NCBI RefSeq assembly: GCF_018977255.1
Contig: NW_024704742.1
Span: 127,722,001-127,786,000 of the forward strand
Reading direction: 5' to 3'
DNA from: Callorhinchus milii
Lineage: Eukaryota
Length of the DNA stretch: 64,000 bases
Position numbers and translations under genes: made by a program. The notes under the pieces were generated by a model that was given only the letters and a program-made list of their open reading frames with translations, had not been told where the DNA came from and searched no databases. Each line of letters starts with the position of its first letter. Position 1 is the stretch's first letter. Below are positions 25,701 through 37,774 of this stretch, in pieces.

Positions 25701-26076
25701 AGCGGTTGACAGAAGGGTGTGTGGGAGGGGAGGGGGGTCCAGGTTGTGAGGCAGGGGTGGGGGAGATGGGGATGAGGGAGGAGAGGTTGACTCCCCGGGT
25801 CTGTGTCCGGGGTGGCTGGCGAGAGTGGTGGGGAATGGGGCAGTCGGTGTGGCTGCTGCTGGACAGCCAACGCCGAGTGCCACGGTGAGCCCGGCGGAGG
25901 ATTCCCAGACTGGAACAGAGGGAGGTTGTGGGAGGGTCAAGTGGGGATAGAAGACGAGAGGGACGGAGAGAGAGGAGGAGAGAGCGGGAGAGATGCAGAG
26001 GGGGGAGGGTTTGGGGGGAGAGAGGAGGGGGGAGGGAGGGAGGGGGTGAGGGGGCTCGGGTCAAAGCGGCAGCCAT
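22777..26076 (-). CDS. L2 ORF2-type polyprotein: apurinic-like endonuclease plus reverse transcriptase (~1099 aa from the first ATG)
   Basis: APE motifs: [42 protein letters not shown] motifs: [51 protein letters not shown]2-type C-terminus LHWLPI. The ATG at 26076 has a good Kozak context (ACTATGG); the ORF track starts at an upstream GTG (26085). Confidence 0.95.
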   Translation of the reverse strand: MAAALTRAPSPPPSLPPPLSPQTLPPLHLSRSLLLSLRPSRLLSPLDPPTTSLCSSLGILRRAHRGTRRWLSSSSHTDCPIPHHSRQPPRTQTRGVNLSSLIPISPTPASQPGPPSPPTHPSVNRSLHIGLQNVRSLCNKALVINDLILDENVDIMALTETWLTPGDTFPLTEATPPGYTSHHIPRPNRRGGGVALISRTPLALSPYSTGSFPSFEHLTLSHPSFLSLKILLLYRPPKTSPTFISDISTLLTSLCLCSDRLIILGDFNLHFTPSCSISTDFSSLLSSLNLSLHINSPTHSHGHPLDLVITRGLSVSDVTITDKAISDHYFISFTTSTPLPTSTRPTTIFYRPWKKLPPQSLTDALESSELLSLWPSTLTDPSSPLSLLHNILSSTLDTLAPITSRTVSYSRSSPWYTTHLRSLKCQVRAAERTFVKSGLTVHRQIWLDLLKIYRSTLASAKSSFYSRIILEAKNNPRLLFSTTSRLLRPPRHPAQVISSNLHCEEMLDFLESKIKGIRSAVTSPPTSTHHPPLPSHTPTPTHPPLHTFVPVSPPSVTELILSLKPTTCSLDPIPTPLLISQLHFLAPHITDIINLSLSSGSVPIPLKTAIITPTLKKPSLDASQLSSYRPISNLPFLSKVLERVVASQLRSFLSTHSLFEPLQSGFRAAHSTETALVKVTNDILTICDQGSLCLLVLLDLSAAFDTVDHAILLHRLSSHLNLQGTVLEWFSSYLSHRLHFVSTNGFSSTPRTVSCGVPQGSVLGPLLFTLYMLPLGDIIRKHGVNFHMYADDTQLYLSSSTLNSTTTDVLTACLSDIESWTRDNFLQLNVQKTEALLIGSRQRLRTSGADTISIQGCTLHLSKPVRNLGVLFDPELSFLPHIRTTTGTAFHHLRNIARLRHYLTPHAAETLVHAFVTSRLDYGNSLLAGLPATSLHKLQVIQNSAARVLSRTRLRDHITPTLARLHWLPIPQRIDFKILILTYKAIHGLAPSYLSNLLSPYLPARTLRSSGSGLLHVPRPNRPTIGGRAFSLSAPRLWNSIPQCLRLASSLSSFKAGLKTFLFDRAFSSPLDSLPPPRSLPSLPSPFPPPLSLPSLPSP

Positions 26077-26179
26077 AGTGCGCACGCGGGGACCGGGAGC
26101 GAGCGGTCAGGTGGATGGCATTATCCCGCAGATTGGGGCATCGAACCCAACAGGACCATAGTGGGCTCTGATGTGAGCC

Positions 26180-26201
26180 CTGGGGGGGGAGGGGGGCGCA
26201 G

Positions 26202-26238
<37 letters not shown>

Positions 26239-26318
26239 TGCGCGCGCACTCACCTGAAAACTAATCTATGACGTCGCAGTTCCCCCGCTCCGCCCCCACC
26301 CCTCCCTCCACTGCCGAG
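26180..26318 (-). promoter_or_regulatory. L2 5'UTR: GC box, CRE-like TGACGTC, consensus splice donor CAG|GTGAGT, A33 run, candidate acceptor
   Basis: Motifs read directly: CCGCCCCC at ~26290, TGACGTC at 26269-26275, donor at 26254/26253, T33 on + at 26205-26237, pyrimidine tract plus CAG ending at 26180. Confidence 0.5.
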
Positions 26319-26845
26319 CTGCACTCGCTCCGGCGTCGAGTTTAAGTACCTGGGTCAGTAGGCCCAGGCTCCTCCCCGCGCTGTCCTGCCGCCGCTCCCC
26401 GACTGGCTGCACTCGCTCCGGCGTCGAGTTTAAGTACCTGGGTCAGTAGGCCCAGGCTCCTCCCCGCGCTCTCCTGCCGCCGCTCCCCGACTGGCTGCAC
26501 TCGCTCCGGCGTCGAGTTTAAGTACCTGGGTCAGTAGGCCCAGGCTCCTCCCCGCGCTCTCCTGCCGCCGCTCCCCGACTGGCTGCACTCGCTCCGGCGT
26601 CGAGTTTAAGTACCTGGGTCAGTAGGCCCAGGCTCCTCCCCGCGCTCTCCTGCCGCCGCTCCCCGACTGGCTGCACTCGCTCCGGCGTCGAGTTTAAGTA
26701 CCTGGGTCAGTAGGCCCAGGCTCCTCCCCGCGCTGTCCTGCTGCCGCTCCCCGACTGGCTGCACTCGCTCCGGCGTCGAGTTTAAGTACCTGGGTCAGTA
26801 GGCCCAGGCTCCTCCCCGCGCTCTCCTGCCGCCGCTCCCCGACTG
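26319..26845 (-). repeat. Six tandem 88-bp GC/CpG-rich monomers at the L2 5' end
   Basis: Unit starts at 26319, 26407, 26495, 26583, 26671 and 26759. Only about 2 variable positions between units. Confidence 0.97.
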
Positions 26846-26879
26846 CAATAACAAGAATCTTTATAACAAGATTTATCAT

Positions 26880-27300
26880 CATAATAATAATCCTTGCATG
26901 ATATAGCACCTTATCACCACATTGAGACATCGCAAAATGCTTCACAGCACTTATTGTAAAGTGTAGTGACTGTGTATTTTGTAGGTGCACATGGCAGCCA
27001 ACTTGCTCACAGCAATGCCCCACAAATAGCTATGCAGTGACTGACCAATTATATCTTGTGGATCGGTGGCCTGGAAACCAAGAGAAACTCCTTTCTCTTT
27101 TCCAGTTGTCCCACAAAATCTTTAAAGTCGTCATGAACAGTCAGGGTGGAACTGTAGTTTAATGTCTCATCCGAAGGACGACACCTCCAACAATACAGCC
27201 CATTCCTTCACAGCACTGGAGTGCCAACAGAGCTTGTGAGCTCAAAGTCCTGAGTGAATGCGGCTTGAACCCACAACCTTTTGACCAACTGAGCAGTTGG
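26880..27300 (-). mobile_element. DeuSINE
   Basis: Reverse Deu core, head and (ATT)n tail. Confidence 0.8.
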
Positions 27301-27689
27301 ACTAAAACCAGATTAAAACTGATATGCAGTGGATTTGTAAGTATTGAAGTCTACAGATGAAAACCACCCAACCTGTGGGAACTGCTCTAAACTCCCAGAA
27401 GGAGATTGCACTGCATTGAACTTTGCACAACCAATCAGCTTTGTATTAAATATTGATGAGGACTTTGAGAACATCGAAACTGGGTTCGACACCTTCAGAC
27501 CCAAATATCCACAATTCATATCTATTGAAATTGTTCATTTACAAAGATCTTGAAGATTAAGCATTTCATGTAGAAAAAACACATGGTTTGTTGTTTTTTC
27601 CTTTTTTTAAGTGTTCAGAATCTGGGATTACAATACCTAACAGCACTAACAAGGCAAATAACAAGGTTAATAAGGCCATAAAAAGGCAG

Positions 27690-28140
27690 AACTGAGAGGT
27701 TATACCTATCAGGAACATGCTTGGACTCTCTTCTCTTTAAAAAAGGGGAGGGTAAAGGGGTGACCTGATACAGGTCTTTAACATGATGAAAGGTTTTGAT
27801 AGGGTAGACATAGAGAAGATGTTTCCACTTGTGGGGGAGACCAAAACCAGGGGCCATCAATATAAAATAGTCACAAATAGATCAAATAGGGAAGTTAGAA
27901 GAAATTTCTACAGACAGTAGCGGGAATGTGGAACATGATACCACAAGGAGTTGTTGAGGCAAATAGCATAGATGTATTTAAGGGAAAGCTAGATAGGTAC
28001 ATGAGGGAGAAAGGAATTGAAGGTTATGCTTGAAGGCTTAGTTGAGGAAGGGCAGGAGGAGGGTCATGTGGAATATAAACACCAGCATAGACCAGTTGGG
28101 CCGAATGGCTTGTTTCTGTATTATATATTCTCATGTATTC
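27690..28140 (+). mobile_element. CR1 LINE 3' end
   Basis: GDLIQVF.MMKGFDRVD.EKMFPLVGETKTRGHQYK peptide; 3'UTR TTGGGCCGAATGGC.TGTTTCTG. Confidence 0.88.
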
Positions 28141-28327
28141 TAAGGTAAATAACAGTTGCGTAGGAATAGAGGAACATTCAGTTTGTTTAGTCTGTTCCAC
28201 CAGTTTATTTGGATCATGGCAGATTCTTTCATCCTATTTCCCCTAATCCCTGGAATTCCCTACCTCAATCCTTCCAGCTCCTCCACCTTTAAATCCTACC
28301 TGAAAACCTACCTCTTCAACCGTATCT

Positions 28328-28698
28328 ATAATAAGAATCCTTGCATTTGATATAGCGCCTTATCACATCTTTGAGATATCTCAAAGCACTTCACAGAATA
28401 TACTGTAAAGTGAATTGACTATATTTTGTAGGTGAAATGCAGCAGCCAAGTGCGCACAGCAGTATCCCACAAACAGTCGTGGATTGAGTGACCAAATTCT
28501 TATTTTTATTTTGAAGTAATTATTACCCCCAGAAAAGCGATCCGCCCATTTATTAACAACTGGGCTCCTACTTACTGCTAGGTAAACAGAGGCGTGTGGA
28601 GTAAGGAAACTTGCCTAACGATTCGCTCTGCCGGGAATCAAACCCAGGTCTTCTCTCTTGCGAGGCAAGTGCTCTAAACCACTAAGCTATGGAACTCC
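28328..28698 (-). mobile_element. SINE family A, full length
   Basis: Complete reverse-complement copy. Confidence 0.9.
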
Positions 28699-30171
28699 AC
28701 ACCTCCCCCTTCTCCCTTGCTCGACAGCTAACCCTGCCGCTGTGCAGCGCTCTGAGACATGATGCTGGGTGAAGGGTACAATACAAATGCAAGCTGTTGT
28801 TTTCCTAAACCCCCCAACACCCTTCAATTCCCTAGTTACCTGTTTTGAACATTGCAATTGACTCTGCCTCCATGGTCTTCTGAAGTAGTGGGTTCCTCAT
28901 TCTCACAAAACTTTGATTTAATTTCTAGCAGCCTCCTAGCTCTAATTGTAGAACAATGCCCCTTTGTTTCAGATAATAAGAATAATAATCCTTGCATTTG
29001 ATATAGCGCCTTATCGTGTCTTTGAGACATCGCAAAGTTCTTCAGAGAATATACTGTAAATTGAATTGACTGTATTTTTGTGGGTGAAACAAGCTTCCCT
29101 CTAAAAGCATTCTATTCCATTATTATACAGTTATTTTGTCTTAAATTACCATTTCACATTTCTGTACCAGTTGGATGAAAATGCCCCACAAATTCTCGCC
29201 AACATTTGTTTCCAGTCAATTTGACATCCTTTGTTCATTGAAGGAACAAATGGCTTTGGTGAAACAACCCCAACAGAGGAGGGCTTGCTCGTTGCTGAGT
29301 GATGTTTAAACTCTCATTTGTCGCTTCATTAATGCAATCTTTTGAGTGCCATTTTGTTCATTGATGGTAAAAGTATGTTTCATTTATGTCATCATGTTAC
29401 AGTTAGAAGCTGGTAAAATTGTGATAGCGTAAAAACAAGAGTACATTTGGGATTTAATTAAAAATGTAATGCATGATCACTCCCCCTCTGTTAATATGAA
29501 TCTGCTTTATATAAAATAAAACAAGAGAGCAATTATCATTTAATTAAGAATGTAATGCATGATAAGTTACGGATAATCTCTTCTCATCTACTTTGGATCA
29601 GAGAATATGTTTTTTGGAAAATAATTCATAAAGTAAAAATAATCGAAAAAGTCCCAGTCTAAACGTAAAATAGACACCGTCCCTCCTTTGTAATTTAGGT
29701 GGAAGACATGACATTTCTTCCTTGGCTCCCATGACACCTCCTTGCTTCAGGCTCTGAATTTCTCTCCAACTCACTGAACCACTGCTGAACCTTGATGGTC
29801 CGTTGAAGTCTCAGCACTCTCCTTACATCCTGACCATTTTTCTACATCTTTGCCACATTGTTTGTGGGACACTGCTGTGCGCAATTGGCTGCCATGTTTT
29901 GCTCACAATTAATACAGTCAATTCACTTTACAATATATTCTGTGAAGCGCTTTGAGACATCTCGATGCGTGATAAGGCGCAATATCAAATGTAGGGATTA
30001 TGATCATTATTATTATTACACTGCACACTCCATCCCTATGTTATGTCTAAGGCCTTTCCAAATCCTCACTCACATCTTGGTTGTGTTGAATTGTTGAATT
30101 AAACACAACCAAGTTGTGAATAGAACTTGAATAGAACGTCCCTATGAAATTACAACACCATCCTATCTTAT

Positions 30172-30310
30172 TTTTGGTCAGCCGGGTATCTGACTCATGT
30201 GGAAACCCATCACCATGCTTGAGAGTATCCAAACCAAACTGAGAATTCCATGCATCCCACCTACACATAGAAATTCCACAGATAGATTGGTAAAAAGGAA
30301 TGCCCACTCT
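30172..30310 (-). repeat. Family X terminal fragment
   Basis: TTTGGTCAGCCGGGT.TCTGAC.C.TGTGGAAACCCATCACCATGC, shared with 54125. Confidence 0.75.
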
Positions 30311-31031
30311 GAGGTAGTATCTCGCAGCGCTGAACATGGCGGACTTTGATGCTAAGACAAGGAGAAAGAGGTGCCATGGGCACAGTCGAAGAGGAAAGTC
30401 TTCAGGCATGATTTGAAGACAGGTAAAGAGAGAGGCAAAGCAGGATTCAGACAGGGAGTTCCAATTAAGGAAGAAACACTGAGGTTCTACCCCACTTGAA
30501 GAGCGCCATGCAGATATACAACTTGAACGTATGTCTTTCAAGTAGGCTGAACATCTGAGAAGCACTGGATTCTATCTGTCATGAGTTCTTTGACAAACCT
30601 GCTGATACTGGAATAGCTCCCACCTTCCACCCCACACCACTGCTTTCAAAACAGCTCTGGTGACCTTCTGCTGGCACACCAACACTTGTCCATTAATCCC
30701 GCCCTCTTACTTCAATGGTAGACAAGGTTAAAACAAATAGAAAATGAAATAACACAAAGATCCCCGTGAACTAAACTTTCTGGTTGGTGCAAAAGCAATT
30801 TTAAAAAGGTTGTCTTTCTTTTAAAAGAAGAAATGCACATTTACATAGAATAATTCATAAGATACAACCATTCATAGACAAACTTTCAGAACTGATTCAT
30901 CAATCCACAAATTCTGACTAAATGCCTTTACATTTATTGAAAGTACTTGACTGGTTGTTAATTAATGCCATGTATGCATAAACCAGTTAGCAGATGATAT
31001 CTGCTTTAAACAATGACTTGATTGATAACAT

Positions 31032-31385
31032 GGAGTCCCATAGAAGAATGGTTAGTGGTTAGACCACTTGCCTCACAAGCGAGAGGACCTGGGCTCGATT
31101 CCTGGGCAGGGTGAAACCTTAGGCAAGTTTCCTTACTCCACATGCCTTTGTTTACCTGTTTACCTAATAAGTAGGACCCTGGTTCTTAGTCAATTGGTGG
31201 GATGATAACCCCTTTAAAAAAATGTGGTCACTTAATCCATGATTGTTTGTGTAACATTGTTGTGCACAATTGGCTGCCAAGTTTCGCAAAATACAGTTAA
31301 TTCACTTTACAGTATATCCTGTGGGTGCTTTGAGACATCTTAACAACTTGATAAAGGCATTATATCAAATGCAAATATTATTATA
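31032..31385 (+). mobile_element. SINE family A
   Basis: Head, body and tail present. Confidence 0.85.
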
Positions 31386-32066
31386 ACAGATAGCCAATAT
31401 TTAAGTACTAAAATATCCGAATAATCAAATATTGGAGCTCGATGTCTAACAAACTCAGGAGAATGGAATAGATTAGATTGGAATACTACAGAACAGATTC
31501 TTTGCTGGTGAGCTGTGGGCTGGATCTATGTTGTACTAATTGCATGTTACGTGTTTAATTCACCATGTGCAAACATTGCGTGATTTATGTTAAATGGCAG
31601 ATTTCCATCCACCTCCTCAGCGGTGTCTGGGGCATGTGACATATCTAAAGCATGTAACACAATAACACTACAATATTTCTCTTCATTCCCATTGTGTATT
31701 CATTGTGCACATATAATACGTTCCCTGACTTAAGTCAACCGTCTTACACATTTATAATTTTTCTCTTCTACTGAAGTAAAGTAACAATTGTGTTACTACA
31801 AACGTCAGATGACCTTTCAAAGGAAATATACATCTATCTTCAAAAAAACAACTCAAACTAATTCACTGTAGCAGCTAATACAAAGTAAAAGGTTGGGCTA
31901 CTACTATTTGATGACAAATAAAGAGCTGCCAAGAAGGCGCAGTGACTGTAACTGATGTACAAATCCTAATTAAAATGTTGGTCGGTGTATGAGTGAACTT
32001 AATTAACATTCAGCCATTTGAGAAGTATTTTTGCCTCAGTCAACAATACCTGGAGTTGAATCTCCT

Positions 32067-32375
32067 AATAATGATAATAATCCTTGCAATTGATATAGCG
32101 CCTTATCACACCTTCAAGACACCTCAAAACGCTTCACAGAATATACTGTAAAGTGAATTGACTGTTTTTTTTTGTGGGCAAAACACGGCAGCCAATTGCG
32201 CACAGCAGTGTCCCATAAACAGTCGTGGATTGAAGTGACCAATTTTTTTTTTTTGGGGGGGAGGGATTATTATTAGGCGTGTGGAGTAAGGAAACTTGCC
32301 CAACGTTTCGCCCTGCCAGGAGTTGAACCTAGGTCCTCTTGCTTGCGAAGCGAGTGCTCTAACGACTAACCTAGG
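32067..32375 (-). mobile_element. SINE family A, short-body subfamily
   Basis: GGATTATTATTAGGCGTGTGGAG junction as at 7952-7975. Confidence 0.88.
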
Positions 32376-32899
32376 GAATCGTCTCAGAAATAATTATCTA
32401 TTATTTTTACCAGCAACAAGGGGTAGGTTGTTGTTGTTATTTCTTCCTCTTTCAGATTTTGAGTGACATTGCTGCACATTTTCACCATGTTATGCCTTCA
32501 TTTTATGATTTAATGCAACTTAAATATGTCAGGACGTGATCCTACTGACCACTCCATCTAGTCAGAGGAGCACCACATTGTGGGTGTTTTTATTGTTTGG
32601 ATAAGATGTCAGAGCAAAGCCGCAATATTTCAGGTGGATGTTAATGGAATTCAGCAATCTAATTCAAAAGGAGAAGGGAAATTTCTCAGTGACCTAGCCA
32701 ACAAACCTCCAAATAAATCAGCCATTCACTTCATAGCTCATTGTGGGAATATTTGGCTCAAATACCATGTTTGCCTACAAAAAAATACACTCTACCTGAC
32801 AGTAATTTCTTCCAAAGTTCTGTGAGAGCTTTTGACTTGATAAGGTATTATTAAAAAGTGATTTCTTTTTTATATCTCAAAGTATAAGCAACAACAACA

Positions 32900-33240
32900 A
32901 GCCAGTGGAGCTGTGTGAGGGTGGGCCTGATAGAGTCACGGAGTCTGGTGCAAGAGAGGACACAAGCTGCAGAGGGAAGAGTTGAGAAGGCCGACAAGCA
33001 GGGAGTTGGCATAGTCGAGCCTAGATGTAATAACTGTGGGACGATGATTTAGGCGGCCTGAGGGGAGACCCAATGGCAGAGCCGGGTGATGTTGCGGAGG
33101 TGGGGCAAGGCAGAGCAGGTCATGGCACGGATGTGGGATAGAAAGGACAGTTGAGGGTCAAAAAAGACACCAAGATTCCGACTGGCTCAGTGAGGTGGAA
33201 TGTGCATTCTTGGATGATGATGCTGTCAGTGCCTGCCGCA
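32900..33240 (-). mobile_element. L2 internal fragment
   Basis: Similar to 23175-23540 of the full-length element. Confidence 0.75.
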
Positions 33241-34479
33241 AAGGTTTGTAAAGGATTTTCATAAAAAATCAATATGTCAGACAAGAGCTGAAGCTAAGGT
33301 TTGGGTTTGAAAAATGGGATTGAAAAAGTGGAACAGAGGATGTGGGTTTAGTTTTGTAAAGCACAATTTCAGGAGAGATACTAGCAAGTTTGTCTTTAAT
33401 CAATGATTGGAACAGATTCACAGGAACTGGACTCATTTAAAAGTAGCTTAATATGTAATGGGGGAATGGTGGGTGGGTGTAGTGGGAGGTGAGATTGGAT
33501 AGACTGAGAAAGGTCTTCTTCATCCAATCCAATCTTGTGTTCTTATGACCTTGTGAGTCTTCTGGATCATAAAGGATATTGACCAGCTAAGGTTCAAATC
33601 CTATCTCTAACTTAGTAGGGGAAGAGAAAGTTGAGAGTTCAGTAGGAAGCGTGTGAAACAAAATGGGCGAAGTGATGTGGTGCTGTTATCATTGTTGATA
33701 ATTGTTACATGGTGGAGCAATCACTCTTGGAGATATCCTTGTCAATAATTGCCACAGATAGGGTGTGGGGGGGGGGAAGGGGGAGGAAGTGGGGGGTGAG
33801 GGGGCTGGTGGGGGTGTTGGGGGCGAAGATCGGGAGAACATCCTCCAACTTTATTCAAATGGTTTTGCCCAAAAAGCTAGTTGCAACCACTGATCCAGTG
33901 ATTAGAATTAGAATAAACCTTAATAGGTACGGCCCACAGCTTGTTTATATGCTTTACGCACTAATACTATTCCAGTGTATTGGAGACTTAACTGATTCTA
34001 ATCAGATGGGTGACTGGCTTTTGACAATATTAACCATCAAGATCTGGCAGTGAGAACTTAATTATAAATTGGATCAGTGATATTTTTAGTGTGAACTCCA
34101 TTGTACCTGTGAAAAGAGACCATAAGCAACTCAAACAATTCAGAATCAACTCTTTAAGTGGAAGTTAAGCAGACCAGAGAGCAATTATCTGATAACGCAG
34201 TGAGCTTTTCTATTCAGAGAGGTGTGGTTGAGTGGATGGCTATGATATTTATTTTCTTGAAAACCACAACGTTCATATCTCGGTGCTTACCTTTGTTGGT
34301 TTACCAAACATGATGAAAGCCAGCCAATGTCGAGAGTGGTGCTTCTATACAATGTGATTGCTTTAGAGCTGGATTAGCCATGGATGTCTTTTTTGTTACC
34401 GCTAACTCTTCCTTCAATCAGATAGGTTAGATAAATTGGCTTAATGTAAAACTGATGTCAGTACAGTTAGAATGATTAA

Positions 34480-34700
34480 GGTGGTCCTTGCTGGACAAGC
34501 AGTGGGAAGCTTGCCAGACAGTGCTTTCATTGGCAAGCAATGTAGTTTTAGCTGCTTGAACTCCTGCAGTACCCTAGCGCACACTCTGGGGTCCCCAAGC
34601 CTTGGCTCTTGCCAACCTGCGCCTAATACTATCTGGAATTAGGTAAGCAAGGTGTGGCGCTCCGGGAAGAGAGTTCGCATTTCAATCCAGATACACAGAA
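34480..34700 (+). repeat. Family X fragment (opposite orientation)
   Basis: GGGTCCCCAAGCCTTGGCTCTTGCCA.CCTGCGC.TAATACT is the reverse complement of ~54300-54341. Confidence 0.75.
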
Positions 34701-36450
34701 ATTTCAGTGCTTAGGTGCCAATGTAGATGTGCAGCTTTCAGTCTGATTTGAATATTCTTAAGCATGATGATTGGTTTCTGCATGTTTTAAGCACCTGGTT
34801 AACCACATTAAAAACTGTTAGATCAAGCATTAAAACTTCTGATTTTAAAACAATGTCTTGATGGATTAAAAGAAATACTCAGTTATAGTGTATCATTACA
34901 AGAAAAGCATTTCCATGATTCGACCAGTGTCAGCTTAATTCAGTTGGAGGTATTCTTGCTTCTGGGTCAGAAGGTTGTGAAATGAGGACACATTGTGGGA
35001 CACTGCTGTGCGCAATTGGCTGCCATGTTTTGCCTACAAATATACAGTCAATTTACTTTACAGCATATTCTGTCAAGCGCTTTGAGACGTCTCGAAAACG
35101 TGATAAGTGACTATCAAATGCAAGGATTATTATTATTATTAGACTTCATGCTTTCAGGTGAATAATTGCATTTTGGATGATTATGCATTAATATCTGGGA
35201 ACATTTATCATTGGGAATAAAAGTGTTAGCAACATAATCCAAACATAGGAGGAAGTATTTGTCTTGCGTTGTGGTCATTGGTTGTAGACAGTCTTGTAAT
35301 GGGCAATAAATAGTTGCTTGTTCAGCATTTCCAGACCAGTGAGCCAGTCTTAAGTCGGATGTTCAATAAGATCTAAATTGACCCGAGTCCATAACACTCA
35401 GAGGCAAAATTGATCCATTAAAATCATCACAGAATTTCTTGTTAGAAATCAACATCAAAGTGCAACTTTATGGATTCCATCACTTTAAAATATGTATTTG
35501 AATCTTATTATATTGAAACCAAAACATCCCTATTTTCTCACCCACATTCAATTCTCCTTTTAACGGGCTATCCACATCAATTACAAGGAAGGGCATCTCC
35601 ATATCGTTCATCAATGCTCCAACCTGGTGACCTCTAAGTCTTCATAGTTGGAAATTCTTGAAATTGCTTGAAATTCCTTCCAGCCCCAGACTGTAATTGT
35701 AAAAATTCTTGATCTGGAATCCAAACTTGAAGACTGATTTTGAAGATTCACAGCTCTTAAAAATGCAAACCTCTCCAAATATGCAATTCTCCTCAACATT
35801 TTAAATGTAATGGTTTTACAGGCTGGGACAAAGTGAAATTTCAGGCCAGTGACCGGGATTACGGGTTTAAAACTTGCATTGGGGTTTTTGAGCTCATGGT
35901 GGAATTTCAGGCTACGATTAGGTGAAATTTCAGTCTTCAGGATAGATTCAGAAGCGGTAAAGTAAGGGATTCTGAACATTTCACTCTCTCCCAGAACAAA
36001 CTATCTTTTGATGGAATCCTGATCACATGAAAGCTCTATTTTCAAAGAAATGCCAATTATTTGTGAGTAAACCAAATGCTCAACATTTGGATCGACCCAA
36101 TCGACTACAACACAATTTTGCCCACAAATATAGTCAATTAACTGTACAGTCTATTCTGTGAAGTGCTTTGAGGCATCTGGAAGACGTGAAAAGCGCTATA
36201 TCAAATGCAAGGATTATTATTATTATTAATTCAGTGTGTTATTTTGCATGTTGATTACAATGAGCTATTTAACATATTCTACACACTCAGTACTAAGTGG
36301 CTTTATAATATTCCTCACAATAGGAGCATAGGAATACAAGTAGGCCATTCAGCCTTTCCAACCAGTTTCACCATTTCATTAGATCATGGCAGATTTCTAA
36401 TCCCTTTTTCCCCTGCCTCTTCTCTAAATATTAATAATCTTTGAAAGGCA

Positions 36451-36746
36451 TCTTTATGGTGAAGCTCTGCAAGGTTATATGCAGGGAAACAGCTGTCACA
36501 ACAATGGGAATACCTCATAGTAATGATTTACGGAAATGTGTGGTGACTATGTATTTCGTACCAAAGGTGGCATTGCGAAATTTGCCAATAAAACTCTTAA
36601 ATTAAGGCTTACTGCAAATAATCCCCATGAGTAAATGAACAGAAAGTGACATGACATGCAGAGTAAGTTCATTTACGTTACTATGCCATTGTGGTGATAA
36701 CTGTTCGTTCATCTGCATATAACTTTACAGAGCTTCACCATAAAGA
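36451..36746. mobile_element. MITE-like hairpin element with ~55-bp terminal inverted repeats
   Basis: TCTTTATGGTGAAGCTCTGCAAGGTTATATGCAG ... CTGCATATAACTTTACAGAGCTTCACCATAAAGA. Confidence 0.8.
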
Positions 36747-36819
36747 AAGCTAATGCTTCAGCTCCAGCTTCATCAGGTTTTCTAACTGATATGTGTTAAA
36801 TACTATAAAACTTTTCACA

Positions 36820-37145
36820 CCTTAGCTCCTCTCTGTCTCTTTGATCTCCTACCTTACTCCTCTGCTCACCCCTCCACTCGGCTAACTCAGGTTTGCTGCA
36901 TGTTCCCTGCCCTAAACATCATCAGTGGCTGAGCTTTTCGATTCCACGTCCCTCAAACTATCTGTCTCACCGCCCACCGCCCTTTCTTTGTCCAGGTTCC
37001 CCCTTAAAACCTACCTCTTCAACTGCATCCCTGATCACCCCCCCACCATCCATTCCTCTGCTCAGTGTCCGTCACTGCCACTGTACATCATTCTGAGACA
37101 TATTCTACATGAAAGGCGCGATATAAATGTAAGTTGTTGTTGTTG
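36820..37145 (+). mobile_element. Old L2 3' fragment
   Basis: LKTYLFN peptide and (GTT)n tail. Confidence 0.7.
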
Positions 37146-37774
37146 ATCATGAGCCTTCTGCAATAACCTTGATGGGCCTTCTGCAGTAGACTTAGCCAGT
37201 CTCATCCAGATAAGGCAATTATTGGAATGTATGTCCTCCACTTGATTCAGCCAAGTTTAACAAATGTTCTTGTGACCCTGTAATCCCTGTTGGCAATGGT
37301 TTGCCTCTCTTCAGATCTGGATCGCAATGGACGTTCAATTTGATTCAGTGCTCCCTTCAGATTCCCCTTTGTTAATACCTAACCTCAATAACTGTGATCC
37401 TTTATCTGCTCTGAGCTGTGTCAGCCTTCTGTCATTTATCATTTGCTCCTGCTGTATTGAGCATCTGCTATGTTTCTTATAGCTCTGCAGAACTTATGCT
37501 AACCTTGCCTTGCACTGCATGGGCCAAGCCTTGTGGAGCATTATTTCATCCTGGATAAAGCCTGTGCTGTTTATGCAGCCATTGACTTTGAAATTGTTAC
37601 TCATTCTGTCAAGTAAGTCACAGGTCTGGACTCTACTTCTATTGTCATGGTTAACAGGTGGTCTTGGGCACGAACTTGCTAGAATTTCTCTTGAAGGTCT
37701 ATTGTAGGTAACAGGCTGCTCTGCTAAGGCAATTGTCACCAAGCTTTGTGACCCTATCACCCCCATCCTTCCCT

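Larger units (their letters stand above)
22677..26845 (-). mobile_element. Full-length, apparently intact L2-clade LINE (single ORF, tandem-monomer 5' end, 3' stem-loop and (GTT)n tail)
   Basis: Uninterrupted APE+RT ORF. The minus-strand 3' end reads AGCGCCTTGGGACGTCCTCCTGACGTGAAAGGCGCTCTATAAATGGAATCTT(GTT)n. The CpG-rich 5' region ends abruptly at 26845. Confidence 0.95.

Noticed and set aside
23116..26161. Many plus-strand Gly/Glu/Arg-rich ORFs
   Set aside because: Antisense shadows of the L2 ORF.
26319..26845. 88-bp array as a CRISPR array
   Set aside because: The units are contiguous and near-identical with no unique spacers, there are no cas genes, and the context is eukaryotic.
35611..35979. 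122-aa minus ORF, and similar unique-sequence ORFs (27344, 51386, 53538, 63280)
   Set aside because: No recognisable motifs or convincing splice boundaries; such lengths are expected by chance.
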